DNA of 64,000 nucleotides, taken from Octopus vulgaris (lineage: Eukaryota). The notes under the pieces were generated by a model, which saw only the letters and a program-made list of their open reading frames with translations, was not told where the DNA came from and ran no database searches. Location: NCBI GenBank assembly GCA_951406725.2, contig OX597823.1:22878001-22942000 (forward strand), given 5' to 3'. Position 1 is the first letter of the stretch. Each line of letters begins with the position of its first letter. This document shows positions 1-13,691 of this stretch, piece by piece. Both the position numbers and the translations under genes were made by a program.

Positions 1-369
1 TCCACAAACGGTTTTACAACAAAGCCTTGGTGATAATGTTAGTACTTTAGAACGACTTTCAAAAAACGATCAATATTTTGAACGAAGCATGAAAGCTAAA
101 TTATAGGCAATGCTAGCATGAATTGTTATTGGGAAGAATTAGAGTTTCATAAAAAGAAGCACAGCAGCCAACACCTGATACATCTTGTGTTATACAAATA
201 AAACTCTGACTGAATCAGCAGTACCGTATATATTTTACTTTTTCGTACATTTTAGTCGCACAAACTAAAGAAAGGGTAAGTACATTTTTTTATTGAGTTA
301 CTTCGTTGTGTTCAAAAGATTTTTCTCTGCATAAATTCGGAGCCTACTGTATTTTAAATGCGTGTATAT

Positions 370-408
<39 letters not shown>

Positions 409-1643
409 TTCATTTATTTATTTTTTCAATAATAAACGAACTTATCTGTATAAAAAAACTATCTTTTATCTTCTTCTGATAAAGAAGCGTCTAGAAGCAA
501 AATAAAAAGGCAGAACATATTAAATTCGTTAATTGAGGCACTTTGTGTGTGTGTACTTGTGTGTGTGTGCGCGTACACACACACACACACACATATATGT
601 ATGAATGTATATGTTTGTGTGTATGCATGTGTGTGTGTATAATTCGTTTTAAAATTTCACCTGATGGTATATTTAACCAATGATATATATATATATATAT
701 ATATACTACTAATATAGGATGAAGTTTTTTTACAGAAAAAAAATTCCATCAAAAAATGTGGCAGCATATTAAAATACCTTTAAGGTTAAAATTATAAATA
801 AGGGCTAAAGAAAATTATTTCTATGCCAATTTGCTGATAACAGACTTTTAAATCGTCAATTGACGATTTAAAAGTCTGTTATCAGCATATTGAGATAGAA
901 ATAATTTTCTTTAGTCCTTATTTATAAGTTGTATATATATATATAAATTCATGCTTGTTTGGTTAGAAAAAAGAGCGATTCACCCCGATGCCTTATAAAT
1001 GAAATTTGGGACACGAGAATTGTAAGAAAGTCCTGTCTCACATAAACACACATTTTGTTTTCAATTATTTTAACAAGAAAGAGCAGCGCGCACATCAAAC
1101 TAATTCTCTCGCTCTTGCACGTGACCAGTGACCAAATGAAATCAAAACAGCTGAGCATGTATGAGAATTCAGGAGATTGCTAAAGAGGCTCAATAAATTC
1201 TCAGCCCTTACAGTACCATCTAAAGTGGTATGTATCCTAGCCATGAAATACCATTCCAGATGTTTGCTCTGAGTCAAGGTTTTTATCTCAGCGTGACATT
1301 ATGTCACTGCCTGCGCCAGTTACCTCTAACTTCGAAGGTGTGAAGACGAAGATTTCATATTTCATCCATGCCTCATTTGAATGAAATGAATATATGCTGT
1401 TCAACATGAACACGCATGTTTAATGTACGTATGTACACATTATTGGATGAGTTCGTATATCATTTGACAAGTTTTATTTTCCATCCTCCAATGTGTGCAA
1501 TATCACATTCCTCACTAAGCATGCTCTGTGGGGTTTCTGGGTTTTGTGGCCGACGATCCAACACTGGATTACACTTTTATAAGGGCACTCACAAATGACC
1601 TGACACAATATAACACACACATACATGTACGCACGCACGCACG

Positions 1644-1674
<31 letters not shown>

Positions 1675-2074
1675 ACGTGCACATGTGCTCACACACACAC
1701 ACGTGCACACGTTCTCACACGGACATATGCACATATAGGTATACATCTATATGTTTATGTATAGAAGTGGTGTATACGCATGCATATATAAATAGATATA
1801 CGTATATGTGTATGTCATTTTACTTTATCATATTTCATTTTTGGCTCTATAATAGTAAGAATGTGTGTGTATTGTGTGTATGTATGTGTGTGTGTGTGTG
1901 TGTGTGTTTGTATGTACACACGTGTATATGGGTACATGTGTGGATATATATAAAAACATATACGCTACATTGCATGTGGGTTAGAGTCTCAACTTAGCAT
2001 GTATTAATACTGATATACACTATAAAAATAGAAAGAATATTAGTGAGATATAATAAATTATATATATATGTATA

Positions 2075-2178
<104 letters not shown>

Positions 2179-2214
2179 GCGGCATCAGCAGTAGCATTAT
2201 TATTATTATTATTA

Positions 2215-2255
<41 letters not shown>

Positions 2256-2309
2256 GTTGTTGTTGTTGTGGTTGTTGTTGTTGTTGTGGTTGTTGTTGTT
2301 GTTGTTGTA

Positions 2310-4830
2310 GAAGACTCGCAGATAGTTCTTAATTACCGGTTATTCTTTACTTGGAAGCAGGCAATAACAAATCACCAAAGGTTTCAAGTAGTGCCTTCTC
2401 CTGTGACTTAGAATGCGAGCTGTACCCAACAATGCTGTATTCTGGAGCACCTTGAGCCTGACAGCAGCTCCAACAGTCTTAATATGTTTTTCAATGCTCT
2501 TGGAAACTGCCCCTAATACTCCAATTACCACCAGTATCACCATTACTTTCCTCGTGCCCCATAACTTTCCTATCTCGTCCTGCAGTGGCTGGTATTTATC
2601 AATCTTTTCTATCTCTTTACATTTCACCCTCAAATCCCCTGGTATTGTCTTTATCTTTACTTCTTTTTCCTCTTTATGGATGAGCACGATATCTGGTCGT
2701 CACGTCTCTATGATTTGGTCGCACTGCATGTTAAAATCCCAAAGTATTTTGTAATGTTCGTTTTCCATTACCCCTTGTGGCTTGTGTTCATACCATTGTT
2801 CGGCTCTCTCGAGATTTGCTTTACCGCACAACAGCCAGTGGACATATCTGGCCACACTGTCATGTCTCCTTTTGTATTGGCGTTGTGAGAGCTTCCAGCA
2901 CTCACTAACAATATGGCTTATACTTTCTCCCTTCTCAGAACACATCCTACTCTGTGGTGAGTCAAGGCTTTTATCAATGTGATATTTGGAGTAGTTTGTT
3001 CTGAGAGCTTGTTCTTGAGCGCTGCACACAAATGCCTCAGTGGGCTCTTTTAAGTCTAGTTTCTACAGCCATTGCCAGGTTCTGTTCCAATCAATCTCAT
3101 CTTTATTCTTCAAGAAATGACTGCATTTTCTTGTCTTGCCAAATTTTCTTCATCTTCTCTCTCTGGTCTTTCTTAAATTGTGTTGGATCTACGGCTTCGT
3201 TCATTTTTAAGGTTCCCTCCATTTTCACTGCTTCAATCATTTCTTCTTTACTACCCTTGATATACCAAGCCAGGCTATGCTCCTCTTCCCTTACACAACC
3301 TTTACAACACACTAATCACCGTCGTCCTTCTTTCTTCTTTACATACAATCTTGACACATCACTCATAAGGTGTAGTTCCTTGTTCATTGTCATTAATTGA
3401 CGTGTTCTCTGGTCTATCTCTTGTAATTCATGCTTCTTCTTGCTCCATATCTCATCAAAGCAACCACCCACGTGTTAATTGTTCTAATCTTATAGCGACC
3501 ATTTAGCTTCGATTGGAGCACAAGCCGAATTCTCCTCAAATACTCTTTCCAGTACATTTCTTTCATCTAGTGTTCATTCATCTTATCTCTATCAATGATA
3601 TCCAGGTGCTTATATCCTTCCTCTCCGACTTTCTTTATAGTTTCACCACTTTCCAGCTTGATCCCATGGCTTTTACTGAAGTTCTCCTTTTTGAGAATCA
3701 TTACACCACATTTCTCGATCCCAAATTCCATGCCAATATCTTTGCTAATCATCTGCACAGTTGCCGTCAAACTCCATTTTTTCTCGGTCTTAGCGAATAG
3801 CTTTAGGTCATCCATAAATCACAGGTTGTTTACTTTCACACTGCCTAGCATGTACCCCACGCGTATCTTTCTTAAAACGCGCGTTAGTGGCAGTATACAG
3901 ACAACAAATAGGAGAGGCAACAGACTGTCCCCTTGAAAGATTCCTCTTTTGATATTTACCTCTCCCAGCTCATCTCTCCATGCTGTGCGTTCAGTTCGCC
4001 ATGTTGTCATTGAGTTTTGTATTAGCTTCAGGATACTGTGAGAGACCTTAAGCAGTTTAAGACATTCAATAATCTACGAGTGTGGAACCATGTCACATGC
4101 TTTCCTGTAGTCCATCTATGCCATCGCCAAATTTTTGTGTCCCTTCTTGCAGTCAGCCTGGATAGTCTTATCGATTAGTAATTGATCCTTCGTTCCTCTG
4201 CTCTTACGTCTACACCCTTTTTGTTCCACTGGTCGTGCTCATCTAGGTACTTATAGATGCTGTTTGATATGATGCCCGTCATCAGTTTCCACATCAGTGG
4301 CAAACAAGATATTGTTCGGAAATTTCCAGCCGTATTCCCTTTACTTGGTTCCTTCTGGCTTAGTACCGTTCTTCCTTTTGTTATCCAGGCCGGTACTTGG
4401 ATGTCACTACTCAGTATTTCGTCCATCAGTCTCGCAATTCTCCCGTGCAGAGCTGTCAAGTTTTTAAGCCAAAAGCCCTGAACCCCATCTGGGCCAGCTG
4501 CTTTCTAGTTAGGAATTTTCCTGCACTGATCTTTAATTATTTTGGTTATTCTCAAATCCTCCTGCTGATAGTCTCCAATCTCCTCTTTGAGTGTTTTTAA
4601 TCACTCTTCTTCAGTTTCCTGTTGTTTTTCCCGAGACCATATGATTGACCAAAATCTTTTGCTTTCTTCAGCATCCGGCGCAGCTTTTTCACCTCTTTCT
4701 TTTCTATCCAGTTCCCGATAGACTCGTTTCAGATTTTCTTCGAAAAGTCTGTTTAAACTGTAATGCTCAATTCTCTGTTCATATCTCTTTAGTTTATGTA
4801 CTTTAGCTTTCAACCTCTGTTTTAATTCTC
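2310..4830 (-). mobile_element. 5'-truncated R4/Dong-like non-LTR retrotransposon (RT plus restriction-like endonuclease), pseudogenised
   Basis: Motifs NFRTISCLPLMWKL, GIFQGDSLLPLLF, MDDLKLFA, zinc knuckle RMC..E.ISHIVSEC, RHDSVA, RPDI and KYQPL. Flanked by (TTA)n. Confidence 0.85.
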
Positions 4831-4857
4831 AATCACATCACATCATCATCATCATCA

Positions 4858-4921
<64 letters not shown>

Positions 4922-4932
<11 letters not shown>

Positions 4933-5824
4933 AGGTCACAATACATGTATTAAAGCGCTACTAATAGTTTCATATGTTGAGAAAACTCAAACATATTCTT
5001 CAGGCGCAAACCACGTATCCTAACGAACTAAAGAAATTGAATAATAGAAGAAACGCGAAAAAATTGAGAAGGCAGTATATAGAAAACGCAGAAGTAAACA
5101 ACGGAATCGAAAAACAGAAACTAAAATGTATAAAATAGAAGTAAAAAGGTAAAAGTGCTATCCCTCCTTAGCACTTTTACTAAATAATAAAGCTGGAAAG
5201 ATGTCAAGTCAATCAAAAATAGGCTAAATTTTTCAATTCTTTAAAAATCGTTATGCCAACATAGGGACAAAAGTAAAGCTACTGAGTTGGCTAGCTACAT
5301 ATGAACTTTGAAAGATAACGAAACACCGGGCGTGATTAAATGGATAGTAATTTAGAAATCCAAACCTTTTGTAAATGGATCGAATAAATGTAGACATTGT
5401 TTGGCTGAAAGAGCGCAGGTCCTGTTCCCTGTTCCGATCTAAGATTCCTTACTCTCTATTGAACTCCAGGTCAGAAATTTTCAGTGGTTGCATGCATATG
5501 TATAAGTATATTCTAAAGAATTGGAAAATTCCACCTGTTCCTGACTGACTTCACATCTCTCCGGCCTTGTCAGTTAAAGTCTAGGGAGGATAGCTCTCTT
5601 ATCTTTTTACTTATTGTTTACATTTTAGTTTGTTTTTCGTTTTCCGTTGTTTACTGTCTGCGTTTTCAATATGCTGCCTTCTCATTTTTTTCTTGTTTCT
5701 TCTATCATTCAATTCCTTTAGTTCGTTATGATATGTGGTTTGCGCCTGAAGAATGTTTGAGTTTTCTCTATATATGAACTATTCGTAGCGCTTTAATACA
5801 TGTATTGTGACCTTTAAATAAATA
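4922..5824. mobile_element. Penelope-like remnant with ~245-bp inverted repeats, each carrying a hammerhead motif
   Basis: About 4922-5171 is the reverse complement of about 5581-5824, and each arm contains a CUGAAGA...GAA(A)C...GUA motif. Confidence 0.65.
4955..5007 (-). ncRNA. Type I hammerhead ribozyme motif with canonical core
   Basis: Minus strand reads GCGC CUGAAGA AUAUGUU-ugaguuuucuc-AACAUAU GAAA CU-auu-AG UA GCGC. All three stems pair and the triplet is GUA. Confidence 0.8.
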
Positions 5825-5884
5825 TCTCTCACCAGATGGAGTACTTTTTATCACGGATCAGTACATTTTCTATCACGGATCAGT

Positions 5885-5921
<37 letters not shown>

Positions 5922-6289
5922 AACAATCTTACTTAGAAATGGATGCGTACGTTCCGTCATATAATAAAATAATAAATAAAAAACATATGCATATATACAT
6001 ACATATATGTACGTACCTACCTCTACATGTATATATACACGCATATATGGGTACAGGACACCAAAAATACGTCGAACACAATGAGAAACGAAAAGATAAA
6101 CACAAAACCAAGGAACTGGACATTTTTCTTAAACAACGAAAAAATAGAGTACAGGACAAATAACACAAGGAAAATTCCCCTTCTTCAGTCGCCATGGTTT
6201 CATCTACTCGGCGTTTCAAAGGTGTATACATGTAGAGGTAGGTACGTACATATATGTATGTATATATGCATATGTTTTATTTATTATTT

Positions 6290-6364
<75 letters not shown>

Positions 6365-6937
6365 GAAAGAGAGAGAGTGGGGAGGGAGAGAAAACAATAC
6401 ACACTACCTTGTAGATGGTATATAGAGGAAAATGTACATGGCTGGATAAGAATGCTTACTAATTCTTTCCTAGTTGTTTCAAAAGCACATATAAAAACTA
6501 GATGGTAATAAATTAACTTTTAAAGGCTCATTCGTTAGTAGAATGGGGCCAGTTGTTTGGTACCGAAAGACAGGTGATGATTTAGAGCCTTCATAGAAAC
6601 AAAGAAACAGTTGATAAGTACTGAAATTGTCAGTCTTCACCTCTTTATTATCTGTAAATGGTTAATTTTATTCTTCATTTTTTTAGTATGTTAAGCACTT
6701 TCTTCCTCATAATCTGACCGTTAAGATAGGATTGCGATAAATAGTTATCTCGACCCCTTTTTTTCGTCTGTCTATTTCTGTGTATTTCGTATTTTTATTA
6801 TAATTGTATTTTGCCTGTTACTTTATATATGGGTTTAGTTTTGTCTGTAAACTGCTGAAAATGACCCATCACTTTTGTTATGTATTCTCACACTGAGTGA
6901 AATGATAGTAGGATCTAACAAGGACTTGTTTAAACAA

Positions 6938-7013
6938 ACACCTGAGGAGGTGCATTTTACACATCTTACCAATGTACTACTGGTGTAAAAATGTGTTGAA
7001 ACAATTGTAGTGA
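6938..7013 (+). ncRNA. Type I hammerhead motif of the Penelope pLTR type
   Basis: CAC CUGAGGA, then a long stem II (GGUGCAUUUUACAC...GUGUAAAAAUGUGUU), then GAAAC AAUU GUA GUG. Stem III is palindromic (ACAAUUGU) and AATAAA follows immediately. Confidence 0.65.
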
Positions 7014-7389
7014 TTTTTAATAAAGAATGCCGTTCATTCCATTTTCTATCATTTATCTATTTGTATAAACTCTATTGTTACAATGGAATTGCTGATGTAT
7101 ATCCAGTAGCAGGAGTATTTCCACTGTATGATGACATCAGGTAGCCAATAACTGTGGACGAGCTTTGCATAGACAGATAGATAGGCAGACAGACCGACAG
7201 GCAGATAGACTGACAGGCAAGCAGACATGCAGACAGACAGACAGGTAGGCAGGCTGGCAGGCTGGTATGCAGACAGGCAGACAGACAAGCAGGTAGGCAG
7301 GCAGACAAGCAGGTAGGCAGACGGGCAGACAGGTAGGAAGGCAAGCAGACAGACAGGCAGGCAGACAGGCAGACAGACAGGCAGAAGAC

Positions 7390-7516
<127 letters not shown>

Positions 7517-8164
7517 TTGATAGATAGAGATTAAAGTAAAAATGAAAAAGCAAAACGTTTGGCATACCAAGAAAAAGACGGTTGATTTAGATAGGGAATA
7601 TAAACGTAGAGAATATAAACGTATAGATATTTCTAGAATAACCAAGAATTTGGATCATCATATTGAATAAGGGTTCCATACGCTGAGTACTCACTCATCA
7701 GAGAAGGGGAAATCAGAGAGATACAAAAATGATGGAATATCCCCAGTCGATGATATTAGTATATTCCAGTTTGTCAAAAATGGAGGAAGGATCGGCGTTT
7801 AAAATAGGTATGATCGAATAAAGTATACTGTTATAAGTAGCAATTTCAAATGAGAATGTTCAATGGTAATTCACAGCAAGGAATAATGGAAGATACCAGT
7901 TCCAATTTTAAATGGAGAATGAATGAGGGTTGAATAGGAAAATTATACTATAGTGTGGAGAAAAGACGGATACGAGGAAGAGAGAATAAAGAGGAGGAGG
8001 AGAAAGAGAGGAGGAGAAGTAAGAGAGGAGGAGGAGTAAGAGAGGAGGAGGAGTAAGAGGGGAGGAGAGGAGGAGTAGGAGTAAGAGGGGAGGAGGAGGA
8101 GGAGGAGGAGGAGGAGGAGGAGGAGGAGGACAACGACGACGACGACGACGATGCCGGGATCTTT

Positions 8165-8400
8165 TGGTTATCGTCACTGTCTACAATTTTATTTCAATTG
8201 TTCCATGGCTGATTGCGAAGAACTCTGTTTCTATTGTAAACAAAGATGCTGCACATGCGCACAAGGAGTGTAACCACCAAATTGAGTGCAATCAGCAGAT
8301 TGAGAGTACTTGGGCGTTTTTAAAGCGCGGAAACAAACGCCGGTGTGGGACACACCGTTCCATGGTTTACACTTACCTTTGTGAATTTTTGTGAAGAAGA
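8165..8400 (+). pseudogene. Merlin/IS1016-like DDE transposase C-terminal fragment
   Basis: QQIESTWAFLKRGNKRRCGTHRSMVYTYLCEFL*RR matches the IES.W...K....GT....YL.EF.WRR pattern. Confidence 0.6.
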
Positions 8401-10000
8401 TATGAGAAAAATCATTTATTTTATAAATCCTAGAGTGTATTTCGTTCTTGAGTTTTTTAATTAATAAATGCCTGTATTAAGCAATGTTTTGACTGTTATT
8501 TCTAGCAACTCCTGTTGGTTTACTCGTTGCTTTTAAATATTCAATTTGCTCGCGAATGTTTTAATGTTTTTCACTGTTTACTTTGCTCGTGTATATTTTA
8601 ATGTTTTTACTGTTGTTTCTAGCAACTCCTGTTGGTTTGCTCGTAGCTTTCAAATATTTAATTTGCTCGCGCAACGTTTAATGTTTTTCACTGTTTACTG
8701 TAGCTAGTTTAATGTTTTGACATGTCGGTGCCTCCCCACCCCCTGCACCCGCTTTCTCGTTACTGTGACTGGAAGAGGCTGTTTTCCGATTGGCTGAAAA
8801 GTCTGAAAATTATCAAACTTTGAACACGTGTAACATTTTCACTAAATTTTTCTGGAACAAATTCGGATTCAGCGGCAAAAATTACATCTGTATGATACAT
8901 TAAAAATGTTTCTTTTTAAATTACGATGCAGTGACGATAACCACAAAGATCTCGTGGAGGAAGTAAATAACAGTATTCATAGGAAGACTGATCCATATGA
9001 ATAATAAGCTGTTCTTTGTGGACAATACACTGCACCGATTAGAATATTCCCCGTTCGAGTGTTCCTGAAAACATTAAGAATGATTATGGACGGCGCTATC
9101 TTACTTTATTTTATTTTTAAGGTAATAAATATTTTCTTTTTGAAAATTAGTCTTCATTCCATCATTTGTGACTGCATCATAAACAGTAATAAAAGTAGCA
9201 CACATACATACATACATACATACATACATACATACATACATACATACATACATACATACATACATACATACATACATACATACATACATACATACATGAG
9301 TGTGTTCGTGTGCGTGCATCTGTGTGCGCGTATATGCGTGAATAAAACATACATGCATATATGCGCATCGTGCACAAATACAGGTACAATACCCGAATTT
9401 CCGGCAATGGATGGTCCGGTACTTCCTTTTGTCTAAGCAGGAACTTAAAATTCCCATGCTCATCAGGCGACCCACGGCGGCGTTGAGTGTGGCCATGCAT
9501 TATATAAGCGATGCACACCTAGGCATAAACATTAACAAGATAGTATGATGAGGTACCCACTGGATTCAAACACACAAAAAGCAAGCTTACTGTCTTACGG
9601 TGCTCAAACACAAGTGCACACAGCTTTAAACCGTTGATGGTAGAGAAAGTAAATTTCCCAGAGCCTTGAAAGGTGTCTACATTTCCCCAGGAACTCATCG
9701 TTCGAATGGCTGGATTACATCTGAAATTATTGGAGAATGGTTTGAAATGCCTTAGGAGCTTTGAAAACTTGATTGCAAGCGAAGAAAAGTAAGTATAGAA
9801 GATACTCATTTTTCTTTTCTATTTGCCATTATATCGTCATATGTCTAAAAAGTGATAAAATTGATGATTTATTCAAATTTCAAAATTCGTAAACAAAAGT
9901 TGTAGAGGAAGAATAAAACTTTAAAAAAAACGATAAAAATACTTCTTGTGTCGATTCTAACACTGGAAAGAAACGAATCTGACAACCATATATATATATA

Positions 10001-11270
10001 CGAGGGGCGTTCAATAAGTAATGCCCCTGACCCACTTGCAGTTGTTTGATCTAGCTGAAATTTTGCATGTGCACTTATTTATATCTCTATAGATTAAGTG
10101 GCAAATTACAGCTCTGAACCAATTGTGGTTTCTGATTTACAGGTGTTTGAACTGAGTCAAGTGTGAAATGGAGCCTGTTGAGTGTCGAGCAGTGATCTGG
10201 TTTTTGTATTTGAAAGGACGCACACCACGGGAGACTTTTGATGAAATGAAAGTAACTTATGGTGATGATATCCCATCATATGACCTTGTAAAATGCTGGC
10301 ATTGTGAATTCAAACATAGTCGGAACTCTGTGGAAACAGCTCCCAGATCTGGTCGCCCCCTTCTGCCGTTGATGAGACGTCTGTCCGTCAAGTTGAGGCT
10401 GCCATTTTGGAAGGTCAACGCATAACTATTCGCCAAATAGCCCATAAGGTCAAGATTAGTACCGGGTCTGTGGAAACTATCATTTATGACCATTTGCATA
10501 TGCAAAAGGTGTCTGCCAGATGGATTTCCACGTTGCTCACACCTTTCCAGAAGCAAGAACGCGTTGAGTGCTCGAGGATGAATTTGGAGATGTGCCAAGA
10601 AGATGAGTCAAAATTTTTCAAAAGACTGATCACACAGGATAAAACCTGGGTCCATCACTATGATCCATAGACCAAAGCCCAGTCAATGCAGTGAAAGCAC
10701 CGTGACTCACCTCCTCCAAAGAAGGCAAGGGTGCAGCCCTCCGCTGACAAGGTTATGCTCACAGTCTTCTGGGACCAGGACGGAGTAGTGATGACAGATT
10801 TCCTGGCAAAGGGTACCACAATTACAGGAGCCTATTATGCTTCACTTTTGAGGAAATTAAGAGAAGCTATCAAAATGAAGAGGCGGGACAAGATCAGCAA
10901 AGGCATCCTCCTCCTGCAGGACAACGCTCCGGTCCACAACTCACGTGTCGCCAGATCAGAAACACAGGCGTGCAGCTATGAACTCCTCCCCTTGCACCCT
11001 CTGATTTTCACCTCTTCCCAGCCATTAAGTTGATTTTGAAAGGAAAGCGTTTCCCAGATGATGCAGCCTTGATTTCTGAAGTCACGTCGTGGTTGGAGGA
11101 CCAAGCTGGGGTCTTCTACAAAAACGGTCTCCAGAGCTGTATCAAACGATGGGAGAAATGCATAACTCTGGGTAGTTCCTATGTAGGAAAAGACTAATAA
11201 CTGTGCCAAGTGTCGTTACTCTACTGCTATGGGAAGTGGGTCAGGGGCATTACTTATTGAACGCCCCTCG
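10001..11270 (+). mobile_element. Full-length mariner element with a frameshifted transposase (about 10168-11198)
   Basis: Perfect 37-bp TIRs (CGAGGGGCGTTCAATAAGTAATGCCCCTGACCCACTT) with TA flanks. Motifs include ITQDKTWVHHYDP, KVMLTVFWD and LLQDNAPVH. Confidence 0.95.
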
Positions 11271-11296
11271 TATATATACCCTTTAATTCTCTTTAT

Positions 11297-11822
11297 CAGA
11301 AGTCACCAAACTTTTTTCACAGTGGACCAGATAACTGAATGAATGACGAGCACGGGTTGCATAACCATTTTGTTCAATAAAATACATTGAATATATAAAA
11401 AAATAAAGACAACCAGCATATTCATTTACCAAAATGTTATCAAAGAAGGCGACGTTAGCAATAAGATAGTTATATCATACCCAGTGCGGGCATATCCAAA
11501 TCTCACAAACTAAGCAGCAAAAAGGATTAGTGAGATTTATGAAACTGGTGTTCAGTTTGTAAGATATCATCAATATTTGCTTTGGAATTGCTGCATCCAA
11601 CCAACAGCATTGCTTTCAAATGTTCATCAGTCAACCTCGTTCGATGTGCTGACTTAGCATACTTCATTTTTGAAAATGTTTGCTCACAGACGTATAAGTT
11701 GTTCCAAACACTGATGCCATACCGGAGACAAATGAACTTTCATTGCAGGTACTTACACAAAAGGACAATGCAGCAGCGGGCCGAATGAACTGACTTCGCG
11801 AGCCGTAGTTTGGTGACCCCTG
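11297..11822 (-). mobile_element. Non-autonomous hAT (Charlie-like) deletion derivative
   Basis: TIRs are CAG(A/G)(A/G)GTCACCAAACT with an 8-bp TSD CTCTTTAT/CTCTATAT. The minus strand encodes FGTTYVCEQTFSKMK...RTRLTDEHL, the hAT dimerisation region. Confidence 0.85.
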
Positions 11823-11942
11823 CTCTATATCATTTGTATTCTGTGTAAGTCGGACGTTTTTACATGTATACATATATATATATTTTTTGTATCTTACGTA
11901 TTTAATATACTTTATATATCGATCTAACTCTCTTATCCCTAC

Positions 11943-11974
<32 letters not shown>

Positions 11975-12648
11975 CATACATACATACATACATGCATACA
12001 TGCATACATACATACATACATACATACATGAATGCATGCATGCATGCATACATACATACATACATACATACATACATACATACATACATACATACATACA
12101 TACATACATACATACATACATACATAAGTGCGTACGTATGTAACTGACAGCCCAATATATTAGGTCGTCAAGTATGAAATATGTAGTAAGGTATATGGTA
12201 AACTTTGACAGCTGCTCATTTTGCGCCATTATTATATTTTGATAATCGTTATTTTTTTGTGAGAAAGCTGACACATCTATTTCTTTAATCTAACTTATTT
12301 TGCGCTTTATAAAGTATTTATAAATCGGTTTTTGCTATTTTTGTTTAGAGATGGATAAGTCGGAAATTCGTACAGTTTTGAAATGTGAGTTCTTTCTTGG
12401 AAATACAGCATCACAGACAGCTCGGAATATTAATGGAGTATTTCATTCTAATGTTATTACACAGCAGATAGTATCAAGTTGGTTTGCGAAATTTCATTCT
12501 GGTAACTTTGACTTCACATATGAGCAACGCAGTCGACCAGAAACAAAGATGGATAATGACGAATTGAAAGCCACCGTCGAGCCAGATCCATCTCAAAGTG
12601 CCTGTAAATTATCGTTGTTGTTTAGCGTTAGCAAGCAAGCAATACTGA

Positions 12649-12787
12649 TTATATTATTTACATTTGAAGAAGGCTGGAGGGTATATCAGCCGAAACGCTA
12701 TGTTAACAACAAGATGAAGACAAATATCCATTGAATGTAAATAATGTAAATAATGTTCATAATTCCTCTCTCTTAAATATAGAACTG
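12649..12787 (+). mobile_element. 139-bp Penelope-like fragment with a degenerate hammerhead, inserted in the mariner
   Basis: 12-bp TSD AAGCAATACTGA at 12637-12648 and 12788-12799. Contains (U)UGAAGA A-GGCUG..CAGCC GAAAC and a short inverted piece at the 5' end. Confidence 0.6.
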
Positions 12788-13110
12788 AAGCAATACTGAC
12801 TCATCTACTTCATATCGGTAAGGTGAAAAAGTTGGATAAGTGGGTTCCACATAAACTCAATGAAAATCAGAAGCAGCAACGTTTTGAATCCTGGATTATG
12901 CTACTTTCTCGTCACGAAAATGAATCATTTTTGAATTGAATTGTAACATGTGATGAGAAATGGATCCAATACAACAACCGTAAACGTTCAGCACAATGGT
13001 TGGATAAAGACGAGCCACCAAAACACAGTCGAAAAAGCAAAATTCATCAAAAGAAGCTGATGGTGTGTGTTTGGTGGTGTGGTGTAGGTGTGATCCATTA
13101 TGATTTCATT

Positions 13111-13691
13111 TGTAACGAAAGTGTGTGTCTTCTCTGCACTTTTTGGGTGCAGTTGGTGCAATCACTTTCTGTTGCTTTTATATCCAGATTCTACCAGTCA
13201 GAAACAACAAGACGCAGACGTAAAAAATATATATCTACTTTATTCTCTTATGACAGTAACAAATAAGTGGTGTATCTGGTATCCCTTTGGTATGTATGTG
13301 TCAGAGCTGAACTTTATCGCTGTAGAATTTACAGTGTTCAAATGCAAACGACACTGGTCAAGATGGCGTCCGATTAGGGAGAAGATGATGTGGTCGGCAA
13401 CAAATGTCAGGGGGAAACGAAGATAATACGCGTCTTCTTCTATGAAAGGCTGACTGCTGCTATCAAATCCGGACAGAGAGAGAATATTACACGTCTGATG
13501 CCTTCGGTCGCCGTGTCTCAAGTCACTGCCTACTGGACGCTGGTGGTCAACGTCCTACGCTCCCCTTGCCTCGCGGCTAAACTGCCACGTAGGCAAATGG
13601 TCCTTCTTCCGGTGGTGAAAGCACCAACCCCGCACGCGCGAAACAGAAATGGACGGTGCGCGAGCGCTCACCGTTATATAGGATCACTACA
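13111..13691 (-). mobile_element. Solo LTR (probably Ty3/Gypsy) inserted in the mariner
   Basis: TGTA...TACA termini with a 4-bp TSD CATT at 13107-13110 and 13692-13695. The transposase sequence resumes after it, and AATAAA is on the minus strand. Confidence 0.85.

Noticed and set aside
1095-1277. Minus-strand ORF with EWYFMARIH..DGTV, faintly like a DNA transposase
   Set aside because: The similarity is too weak and there is an upstream stop.
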